This document shows positions 53,320 to 64,000 of a stretch of 64,000 nt of DNA, piece by piece. A model generated the notes under the pieces. It was not told where the DNA came from. It did no database searches and worked only from the letters and a program-made list of their open reading frames with translations. The stretch's first letter is position 1; every line of letters begins with the position of its first letter. The stretch is from Octopus sinensis. Its lineage: Eukaryota. The translations under genes and the position numbers were made by a program. Location: the NCBI RefSeq assembly GCF_006345805.1, contig NC_043016.1:28272001-28336000 (forward strand), in the 5' to 3' direction.

Positions 53320-54240
53320 GTGTTTGTTATTATGCACATTTAAAAGTACTTTGACATTGTTTACAGATTAAAATATTTTTGAGATTACAAAGGATATGAG
53401 CAGTTCCTGTGAGCACTATCATTTGAATTTCTTCCATTTTGGGATTTCTTGGTATCTGAACTAGGTTGCAATCAGCCCCTTTTGTTATCATTTCTAGAGT
53501 ACCTATGACCCCAGGTATTGTTTTAGTTTTGAGGTTCCACATTTTGCCAATCTCTATTTCAAGATCTTTATAATTGCTCAGTTTTTGGTAAGTCTTGACA
53601 GATGTATTTATGTTGATTGAGACAATCACATCAATGAGGAGGCATGATTTTCGTTTAAAATCCTTCTATATAATGTCTGCCTTATTTGCATCTTTCTTTC
53701 TGTCAGTGAAGTTCCAAAGGAGTGAGATGTGGTCATTTTCAAGCACCAGCAGTGGTTAGTGTTCCTACCAGTTTTTATCATGAGGTAGGTTCAAGTCTTT
53801 GCAAATTACCCAGCGAATATACTGTGCTGCTCTATCATGCCTATTGAGATACTCTGTAGGTGCAAGAAGACTGCACATGGAGACGTGATCGATAGTTTCA
53901 TTTTGTTGTTTATATACACAATATGTTGGGCTACTGCTGTTCTTTAATATGTTGGCCTGGTAGCTTCTTGTAGGTAGGCATTAATCTTGGGCTGTTCTCA
54001 TAAACCCCTTTGTCTCTGATTTTAAGCCAGAAGACACTAACTATTGATGGGTAAGGGCTTTTTCAACATTATTAACTCTCTTTGGGTATTTGCCATCGAG
54101 AGGTTTTTCCTTGCCATTTATCAGTAAGGATAAGGGCAGCAGTTTTAGCAAGGGTTTTCATACACTTAGCTTTTTCTGTGCTTGTTCTCAGTACATCTAA
54201 TTCAGGGATTTGTTGTATTTGAAATTCACTTAGATTCTGA
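53320..54240 (-). mobile_element. R4/Dong-type LINE C-terminus (restriction-like endonuclease)
   Basis: ETIDHVS...YLNRHDRAAQYI and KLSNYKDLEIEIGKMWNLKTKTIPGVIG. Confidence 0.75.
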
Positions 54241-55473
54241 GATGTGTATTATTATTATTATAATTATTATTATTATTTGGCCCAATATATTATATATTAA
54301 ATGAGTTTTAGTCCTGGTGTGTGGCTTTTGGCCCACTCTGTATATATATAAAGGCAAATAAATATATAGCAAATATCATGCAAGATGAATTTTTGATTCT
54401 TGAAATTATCTTCCCTTTAAAGGGATGGATAAACAAACACCTTATGGTAATTGGACCAAATCCAAATGAGAAGGGGAGATAATGACAAAAATCAAGAACT
54501 TTCCAAAATTAGTATGCCAATAAGGAAAAGACAATTTGATCATCGAGGGACAAGGGGATAGCTTTAGGCCTGTTTCTGTTCCAATAGGCATCATCAACAC
54601 AAGAGTTGTCCAAGCTTCAACCCAAAAGACACACAAAGAGAGTTTTAAAATAATAATGGTTTAGAATAATTTGCATAATTTAAATGAAAATGAGCTAAGA
54701 CAGAGCAATCAGAGTACCCAAGACGTATTTGGACAATAAAGATGAATAAAGGTATATTAAATGTCATACATGATAAATTCTTGATTTATTCAATTTAGGT
54801 GATAAATGTTTTCTACTCTTTTCTCTATGTATTTCATCGCTAGGATTCAAGAGTGAACAACCACTGAGCTGATGATATCTACTGAGGCAATAACACATGT
54901 TCACAGTAGTTCTCTTGTTTCCAGGCATTCAAATTGACTTTTTGTGAATGGTGTGTCAATTCTGGCGATTTCATCCTTAAGATTATCTCCCCTTTTCATT
55001 TGGAGTTCGTTGTAATTGCTACAAAGTTATTGTTTAGTCTTTTCTTAAAAGAGATACACATTAGACGATGGAGTTCAAAATAATGTTTTTGAAAGAAAGA
55101 CGAATGTTTGAAGGCGGAAACATAAGTTTTGATCATTAGTTTGTTGGATCAGGATTGTCTCAGGGCTATGCAACAACATCATCATCATCATCAACAACAA
55201 CAACAACCACATGAATAACGAAGGAATTTGATATTCTTTCTGTTTGATCCTGAGAATATTGTCTGAGAATATTTGCAGATCACAATCAAAATTGAGGTTC
55301 AGTTCCGAGAGACAAGTGCATTCAGAGCCCCCCAAAAAACAGCAATATTGTGTGTCTTTCTACCAAATATACGAAATTAATAACTATAAATTAGAGAAAC
55401 CCATACAATAATTACTAACATTTCTGATGAAAAAGATGTTAAATAAGGTTATGTATTTTAATTTTTTTTTCAG

Positions 55474-55544
55474 GCATTACATTGTACCTTTGCCCAGTCT
55501 TTTTACTTAATGGTATTAGCTTCTCTGAATATGTGAATGGTCAG
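55474..55544 (+). CDS. Candidate internal exon of an unidentified gene (ITLYLCPVFLLNGISFSEYVNGQ)
   Basis: TACTAAC branch-like motif near 55413, poly-T cag acceptor, CAG/GTAGAA donor; an alternative donor after 55512 gives ALHCTFAQSFYLM; both end in phase 0. Confidence 0.55.
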
Positions 55545-56382
55545 GTAGAAATGTTAGATCATTGAAAAAATTTCTTGTGATATCTAATTATGTTTTGAAT
55601 TCAAGTTTACCTTTCACCCTCTGGGTTAATAAAATAAAGTACCAGTGAAATACTAGGATAGATTCAATATTTCTATAAAACATCCTAGATGTGAATGAAA
55701 TTATAGTAGAAGACTAGGTGATGAAATATGATCTTTAGTTGCTGAGCCTCAAAGAGGCAATGATAAGTGACTGAGACTTCTAGCAATTTGCTGTTCTTGA
55801 GAAGATGTTAAGGTAAGTGAATCAGGGTCATTGTGAGTGACAATGAGACATAAAAGGTACTTGTGCCAGTGACACGTCAGAAACATCTAGTACACTCTGT
55901 AAAATAGTTGGCATTAGGAAGGGCATCCCTTCTTAGAAACCATGTTAAAGCTGATGACTGGAGCCTTATGCAGCTGTCTGGCTTACCAGTTCCAGTCAAA
56001 CCCGCCAACCCATGTCAGCATGAAGAATGGACATTAAATGATGATGATGATGACGATGATGACAGCAACTAACTTTATCTTGCATCCTCTCAGGTTTGTT
56101 AAAAGTAAGGAACCAGTGAAATACTAAGTTAGATTTACTATTCCTATAAAACACCCTAGATGTGAATGGAATTATAATAGAAGATTTAGAACTATAATGT
56201 AGAAGAAAGGAAAACCCAGAGGTGTTCATGGCTCTTATAATCCCAGTCAGATTGGATGCGATTATCTTCCTTAAAGTTATCACTAGTGTGAAATAGTGTA
56301 AACTTGTATTAAACTGGATTATAAATTAGATGAGTATTAGCCAATCTGTGCTGATGCTTATTCCCTAATTGTTTTCTTGTAG

Positions 56383-56395
56383 GTGGAAGCTCTCA
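56383..56395 (+). CDS. Candidate 13-nt microexon (VEAL) of the same unidentified gene
   Basis: ccctaattgttttcttgtag acceptor and A/GTGAGT donor; phase 0 to phase 1 links the flanking candidate exons. Confidence 0.5.
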
Positions 56396-56576
56396 GTGAG
56401 TTCATTTTGAGTTTCAAGTCACTTCATTTTTGCAATTATTTTCTTTAGAATAGTTATGACTATCACAATTTGTTTCTCAACCTCATCTACCTCACTCTGC
56501 ATTCGTCAGAGATAGCAGCCAGATCTTCCTCAAATCATGCCCTGCTGGCATATTTAAAGACAAATTACTAAATAAG

Positions 56577-56578
<2 letters not shown>

Positions 56579-56619
<41 letters not shown>
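56579..56619. repeat. (GA)n microsatellite
   Basis: Direct reading. Confidence 0.95.
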
Positions 56620-56624
<5 letters not shown>

Positions 56625-57030
56625 TTTACTCAGAGAATATTTTTAATGATATATTCCTTTGAACACTGGAAAGAGTTATTTAACATTAAAAATACATTAA
56701 TGTAGATAAATTCACATTCATAAATTGAAATAAGGCAAGATATTTGAAGAAGCAATTATTTTTTTAAAATGAAAGCTATTTTGTTTGTATTGATTATGTT
56801 AGTATATTAATTAGACAAAAGAGCAACAGCCGTGTTAAATAAAAAAAAAATTAAAACAATTATATAATCAATAAATTCCACGTAGACCAAAATTATTGAT
56901 AGCTGACACAAGTGACATTTTAAAGGTTCATTTATTCCCAAACGAACATTATTTCGTCATTCACCGCTTTCATGTGGCATAATAAATATGTGGTTGTAAC
57001 TATTGATTTATTCGTACTAATTTTTGATAG

Positions 57031-57248
57031 GGGAGGAGTATGATCAATGGAATCCACTTCAGTATTTTGCTGGACCTGAAAGAACTTCATTCTTACAATA
57101 TAGAAATTCAGAATATTGTGAACTATTCACTCCAGTGCTTTGTCGTTCTGCCGTCTACTCTGTAGTAAATTGCAGTTACGTTGTTAATCGTTTGCGTGTA
57201 ATAAATATATATACAAATAATTGCCAAAACCAAATTACTAGCCGATAA
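57031..57248 (+). CDS. Candidate terminal exon of the same unidentified gene (REEYDQWNPLQYFAGPERTSFLQYRNSEY...ITSR*)
   Basis: actaatttttgatag acceptor, open in the phase required by the microexon, stop at 57246-57248 (ORF track 57024-57248). Confidence 0.5.
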
Positions 57249-58522
57249 GAGGAATTTTTAATTCTTAATTCGGTTTACAATATTCATTATACCCCATCTC
57301 CTATTTTCGATCAGGAAAAGAAAAATTAATTCTTACTTTTACGAGCCCCAACAATATATATAGTTATTAAAAATTAATTAAGAATTTGTTACCGAAGTAA
57401 TCCAAATATTGCGTCAAGGTTGCCACATTAGACAGGAACCGGGTTACGCTATTATTTTATTTTCGGTTTGGAGCAAAACTTACTGCTTTAAAATTTTATT
57501 TCTTGGATGTAAAAATCCCATCGAATGACTAAGTAAATTAGAATTGATCCACAAGTAATTAATATATATATATATATATATATTCAGTTTGGGCCAATTT
57601 TTTAAAGCATTCTGCTACTTTCTGAAAATTTTGCGATCCTGTGCTATTTTATGAAATTGGCACAGTATTCATGCAATTAGTCTTCAGTAATTTAATAATG
57701 CTAAGTAATTAAAATAATCTCTATACGGAACACTTGGATAAGGAGGGTTACAGTAGAGTCCTTAAGTTAGTCTTTTCAACGTTGAGTGGAAATCGGACAG
57801 GGGCCGATGTAACACGTACCAACTGACTTAGTGCAGTTTCACGGAAGACTAGATTTTATAGGCCTTCTATTGAATAGAATTCGGCTTCGCAGATTAAAAA
57901 GAAAAGGGATACACATTGTTGAATATTCGGGTCGCTAGATTTGTTTGCGTAACGTCCTACCAATAAACTCTTTATTACCTTCTTTTATCCAGGAATTCAT
58001 CGAGTTAAACAAACATACTTTCCCATTCTTTTTCCTTCAAAGAAAGAACATCAAGCGTAATTCAATACTGATTTGCAACCCTTATATAAGGACATAAATT
58101 TCAGATTGAGGGTTTATAATAGATTAGATCGACTGCAGTATTTGAATGGGACTTTATTTTATCGATCCTGAAGATGATGAGAGACGACGTCGTCTTCTAT
58201 GGATTCGAACTCACAACGTAAAGGACCGCAACTAAATATTGCAAGACATTATTGGTTTACTTCGCTTTTTTTTTTTTTCTTTTGATCGGCGCTTATTCTA
58301 CCGTTTCTGCCAATCCAGTGACCTTAGCGCACATAAAATATTACGTAGATATTTAATATGAGATTAGAAGAGAGAGCAATATCAAAGAGGGTCGGTCATA
58401 GATTAGAGTCGGAAGCAGTGCTGCCCTCCAATCAACACTGGCCACGTGGTCAGGTCGTCTGGCATAAACAGACGCCATATTCATCAGTCGTACATACGCG
58501 TACGTACGTACATACACTCACT

Positions 58523-58562
<40 letters not shown>

Positions 58563-58723
58563 CTGACACACATACACATACGTACACGCACATACACATA
58601 CACTGACATCGACATCACATCATTGTTTATAACGACATTTCTTGGGGGACAATCTTACAATTACCGCACGAAAATATAATTAATACACACACAAACCCCG
58701 AAGAAAACCAACAAGAAGCAGCC

Positions 58724-58852
58724 ATGAGGGCCTTTATGCTCACCGGGTTTAGTTTTCTGCTCACCACTGTTGTCATAGCCAATGCATATTACCAGAAAAG
58801 TCAGTTTTATCCATCTGTTGTCTACATAACCAAATCTAATGGGAGTATGGCG
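58724..58852 (+). CDS. SYVN1: SYVN1/HRD1 ERAD E3 ubiquitin ligase, first coding exon
   Basis: gccATG context; MRAFMLTGFSFLLTTVVIANAYYQKSQFYPSVVYITKSNGSMA matches the HRD1 N-terminus (AYY.K.QFYP.VVY.TKS..SMA); GCG/GTAAGC donor, phase 0. No further exon recognised before 64000. Confidence 0.93.
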
Positions 58853-59090
58853 GTAAGCAATCGCACAAACACACACAATCTCTCTCTCTCTCTATCTATC
58901 TATCTCTCTATCTCACTTTGTATTATTGACATTAAATCGTTTGGCGTTTGTTTAAAAAAAAAAAATAAGTGTATATATATATATATAGATATAAATGTAT
59001 GTATATTATATATGTGTGTATGTGAACCTCTTAATCTTTTTACATGTGGTGGTGGTGGTGGGATTGTTTTAGTTTGTGTAGTGTGTGCGG

Positions 59091-59144
<54 letters not shown>

Positions 59145-61082
59145 GTGTATATATATGTGTGTATGTATATATACATAAGCATGCATATGCACACATACGC
59201 ACTCATAAATATATATATATATGCTTGTGCGTATTGCATGAAACTGTAATGCTTTTTCGCTAATGCTCAGAGTTTTCGACCGATTACACAAGTCTTGAAA
59301 GAAAGGGAAACTGCCGATTAGCGACGTAGAGAATCACCTGTTTTGTGCATACACACACACACACATTATTACATATATTGAGTACTCTTCGTGCTGTTTG
59401 TTACACTATGTTTACATATATGTGCGTTTATGGGCGGTTGAATGGTTTTAAAGAGGAGGAGTCCCCTTCGTGTAAGCCCCGAGTTTAATCCTCCGTCATA
59501 GCATCTTGAGCAAGTATGTTAACTTGGGGCTCAGGGTGACCCAATCCTTGTGAATGGAACTGTATAGACGGCCATCATCGGATGGTCTGCAACTTTAATT
59601 TTTATGATCTATACTTGTCACAACGCACAGTGTCACACTGACTTACTTGATTACATTAAAAAAATAATTTGTGTCTATTGGAATACTCAGCCACTTGACT
59701 GAAGTTTAATGAATAAGTAGATTACTGATCGAGCAACTGGAAGATGCCTCATGTAAACTGACGGAGATCCATTTTATTTATGTCTGTTACCGATATACAA
59801 TTTCTTTCCGTTAGGTGTTGGCCTGTGAAATCCTAATTTTCATTGCGAATGTTTCTTCCCTAGGGTTAACCCCCCCCCAAAAAAAAAAAACAAGTAATTA
59901 CACACTGTATAATTATCTCTGATGCTGTCGCCTTTGTAATAAATAAATAAATAAATACCATTAAACACCCCAAAATTTCTTGTTAACCTCTTGTCGTTTT
60001 GAAAACCCACTCAATTACAGACATTATTAATTTCTATTTTGTAACGTAATTAAAATCATTCTAATTAAATCTATATTCCTAGAATTATTCAGTAATTCGA
60101 TCTATCAGAATGTTGAATTTGAAAGGGGCTTCCTTTGACTTTATTTTGTTATTAGAAATACCTAGCTTGTTATTCACAGATTCCCAAACCTTTGCCTGTG
60201 CTTCATTAATAATAATAATAATAATCATGGTATTATTACATGTCTACTTCTGTTATTTAGAATATCTCTATGATCGTTCATTTGGAATTGATTTTAAAAA
60301 TAACTCGTAAAAAAAAACATTAAAACATATACAGTATTTTAATTCGAAACTGAAATTTTAGTTAATAATAATAATAGTAATCGTAATAACAGTAATACTA
60401 GTGTTGATAAATACGTGTTCAAATTCCTTTGGACATTATTATCGGCTGATGCTGTCTTTTAATAGACATTTATTGTAAGATACGTTGAATTTTCGAAAAT
60501 CTGAGTGAATTTTTCAAATATTCCATGCAACAGGACTAGATTAACTGTTGTTTTCTCCAGATTTGCCGGTTTACTGGCTCCAAGATTGAACTTTGCGAAA
60601 TTTTCGTAGAAATTCCGAATTACAGCTGCGTCGTTTTGTGTTTCGCCGTTATTGAAGAATACATTCCACATGTTCCCGTAAATTGTGGATCACTGGTGTT
60701 TCACACACAAGCACACAGTCCCCGGACATAATTATGTATTATATACACCAATTCATTCCTTTCGAGCTACTCGCTATTACATAGCGAGTAGCTCGAAAGA
60801 CTTTCCGAGTTTGCAACTAAAATCTAATATTCTTATAGTATGTAAATGTTTTACTTTGTTGCATTCATTAATTAGCTAATTAGCTTCAGTAAAAATGATT
60901 TTAAATAGTTGAAATGGTAGACATAGTTATGGCCTTAAATGTGATTTACTCTTACCCAATCACCTTGCATGTATTTTACAAAATCATCATTTTCAGAAAA
61001 TCTCAACATCAAATGCAATTCAGCTAATTTCTTGTTAAGCTTTTAATAACGCATTCATCTTTCTAAGGATTTCCAACATTGC

Positions 61083-61448
61083 GCAGGAGTGGCTGTGTGG
61101 TAAGTAGCTTACTAACCAACCACACGGTTGCGGGTTCAGTCCCACTGCGTGGCATCTTGGGCAAGTGTCTTCTGCTATAGCCCCGGGCCGACCAATGCCT
61201 TGTGAGTGGATTTGGTAGACGGAAACTGAAAGAAGCCTGTCGTATATATGTATATATATGTATATGTGTGTGTGTTTGTGTGTCTGTGTTTGTCCCCCTA
61301 GCATTGCTTGACAACCGATGCTGGTGTGTTTAGGTCCCCGTCACTTAGCGGTTCGGCAAAAAGAGACCGATAGAATAAGTACTAAAAAGGTGGTGCTCCA
61401 GCATGGCCGCAGTCAAATGACTGAAACAAGTAAAAGAGTAAAAGAGTA
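61083..61448 (+). mobile_element. Near full-length tRNA-derived SINE of a second abundant family (central TA/CA microsatellite, AAAGAGT tail)
   Basis: A box TGGCTGTGTGG, B-box-like GGTTCAGTCCC, CTTGGGCAAGTGTCT body; further copies near 1900, 3400, 13500-14660, 15690, 22190, 22720-23645, 23740, 29690, 30210, 35790-37135, 43120, 44262. Confidence 0.85.
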
Positions 61449-62111
61449 TTGCAATTAATTCAGAAGAGCTTGCAAAACCTCTATGTAGACCATGCAGTTT
61501 CTACATGGGGCAAAGCATCTCTGATGTTTATTTCACATTCAACTGAAGTAATTTCAATCAAGCATGTAAGATTAAATTTCATCAATCTAGTTGGTAAAAT
61601 ATCAATCTATCAATTCATAAGGTTTAGGAACTCAAAATCACAATGGAAATTTTGTTTGCCTGTGTCTAGATATTGCTACTCGTCTCTCAGTAGATATAAT
61701 TTAAAAGTATATAATATATATAGTTTTATATTCTAATAAAATAGTTTTAGGCACTTTATCCTTTGCATCCACCCATATATTTCAATCTCAAAAGCAAAAA
61801 CATTTTGGTCTTTTTGGCTACACATCAAAACACTGTGTCTCAAAATTATTAAGGAACCAACAGCTCATTTCCTGTTATGTCACTGATAGACAAATGTTAT
61901 ATTCAACAGGACAAAACCTGAATGAACATTTTAACCTTTTTGCAAAGCATATTCATGAGTTTGACCTAAACATCCATGCTTGATTTCAGACTTTTAAGTT
62001 AGCCCTTGTTTCATATGTACTGAGTAATATAAAGCGTTTCTAAGTCCCAAGTTATTCTGCTGGTTGAAAAAAATTGAGAACATGTATCATATATGATGCA
62101 TGGGTGCTAGG

Positions 62112-62224
62112 CACTAGCTTAGCCAGGGGGTGACTTTTAATGGGGTGCCAATTTGGGGTCTGCTGTAGGTAATACGTGTTTCTTGTGGAGTATGGAGGCA
62201 GCACACGTTCTAGCTATGCTAGTG
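62112..62224. mobile_element. hAT-type MITE
   Basis: 15-bp imperfect TIRs CACTAGC.TAGC.AG; 8-bp TSD GTGCTAGG/GTGCCAGG (7 of 8). Confidence 0.75.
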
Positions 62225-64000
62225 GTGCCAGGGAAATATGTCTTGTGATTCACATGTGATACACAATATATGCAAAATGTTAACCTTCTTGGAATGCCCA
62301 GGCCAATTGATCGGCCCAAGTGATCAAGCTGAAAAGACTTTGAGGCCAATCCATTGACCCAATGAAACCAATGTTTTGAAGTGTAATAGCCAATCAGAGA
62401 TTATCTCTCAGTAGATATAATATAAAACTATATAATATATATAGGCACTTTATCCTTTACATGTACCCATCAATTTCAATCTCAAACGCAAAAACATTTT
62501 GGTCTTTTTGGCTACATATCAAAACACCCTGTGTCTCAAAATTAGTAATGAACCAACAGCTCATTTCCTGTTTTACTGTTGATGTTTCAGTAACACTGTG
62601 GTTTGAACTAAAATGAAAAGCCTCAAAGCATATGCAGCATTTTGTTCAAGATATCAATGTGTGTGTGTGTTGTATGTAAAAAAGAATGCATATCAGAACT
62701 ATGATTCAGTTAATCTGTTGATCAACTGTAAACATCAAGAAACCTAAACTCTTTGGTAATTGATTCAGTTTGATATTACAACCCACTTCACCATGAAATA
62801 TTTTCTCAATTCATTGGCCTGTGTAGGTGACTAAAAGGTATATTGAATGAAACTGTGGTTAGTTTAGAAGTGTAATGCCTTTTCATGTGTTGTAAAACAA
62901 ATAAAAAAACTCTATGTGTGAAAGAATATGATTTACTTTACAGATATCATTTGAAGTATTGAGGAGAGTTGGTTGCTCCTGTTTGGACATGAGTGCTGAG
63001 TGAATAAGTGTTGTGTTGAGAGTGATGTCTGCAGTAGATTGATTATAGCATGAAACAAGTGATGGATGTTGACTCTCACAGACAAGATTATGCAGCATCA
63101 AGTTGAGTGGTAATTTCCATGCCATGGAAAAATGGTCAATAAAATATGTATTAGAAAACAAATATATATATATATCTGCTATATAGTCCAAATACCATGT
63201 GAAATAAGCAGAAAGAATTAACCACATATATAGCCTTATAAAGAAAATATGCATATATTTATAGCAGTAACCTTCTAGGACATCGAGATGTTTCTGTGAT
63301 ACTTCACCAGCTGGTACAGATTCCTTTTTCTATTTATTTGTTTCACATGGACATTTGGATATTGCTCCAGTATTTTGTATTTGTTGAATACTTCTGATGA
63401 ATAAATTCCTTGATTAGATGAATTACAAAGTACCTTGTGAGGTTCATGTATTTCTCATTAATATGTATTTAACCCTTTCGTTACCAACCTGACTGAAACC
63501 CGGCTCTGGCTCTGTAATACAAATATTTTCTTTTCAAGAGTTCTGAATTTAAATCTTCCACCAAACCTTAGTCATAATTTATGTTCTTAACAGCTTAATG
63601 ATAACTAAGTTATTTTACTAAATTCTTTGTTATATTTACAATAATTGAAAGAAACACTGAGCATCTGAAAATAAATCATCATCATTGTTTAACGTCCGCT
63701 TTCCATGCTAGCATGGGTTGGACGATTTGACTGAGGTCTGACGAACCAGATGGCTGCACCAGACTCCAATCTGATCTGGTAGAGTTTCTACAGTTGGATG
63801 CCCTTCCTAATGCCAACCACTCCGAGAGTGTAGTGGGTGCTTTTACGTACCATCGGCACGAGGGCCAGTCAGGCGGTACTGGCAGCGGCCACGCTCAAAT
63901 GGTGCTTTTTATGTGCTACCTGCACAGGAGTCAGTCCAGCGGCACTGGCAACAACCTCACTCTAGTGTTTTTTCATGTGCCACCAGCACAAGTGCCAGTA

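Noticed and set aside
54860-54960. Box C/D snoRNA suggested by TGATGA motifs in both arms of the inverted repeat
   Set aside because: No well-placed terminal D box (CTGA) or terminal stem in either arm.
62883-63254. 123-aa minus-strand ORF or SYVN1 exon 2
   Set aside because: No HRD1-like sequence in any frame examined and no good splice pair; looks like a decayed repeat.

Overview
AT-rich, repeat-dense eukaryotic genomic DNA, very probably from an Octopus species (inferred from the SINE/LINE/microsatellite content). Three genes are recognisable. (1) A minus-strand NUDT6-like Nudix hydrolase with six coding exons, all splice phases consistent; its last exon lies left of the window. (2) A complete minus-strand MTRFR/C12orf65 (GGQ mitochondrial rescue factor, two coding exons, 201 aa). 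(3) The first coding exon of plus-strand SYVN1/HRD1. A chain of three phase-compatible plus-strand exons at 55.5-57.2 kb and an isolated exon at 18.0 kb point to one or two further genes that I cannot name. The rest is nested transposable elements: several tRNA-derived SINE families, RTE, Tx1 and R4-type LINE remnants, maT and mariner DNA transposons, non-autonomous Helitrons, MITEs, Penelope-like termini and a Gypsy fragment. No prokaryotic-type system such as CRISPR is present. The most notable structures are a SINE that recurs as head-once/body-times-n concatemers with an identical junction at separate loci, a SINE whose central microsatellite repeatedly hosts other elements, a SINE-in-SINE antisense insertion with a 15-bp TSD, a head-to-tail Helitron junction, and degenerate hammerhead-like cores. 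All calls were made by eye; TE boundaries are approximate unless TIRs or TSDs are quoted.
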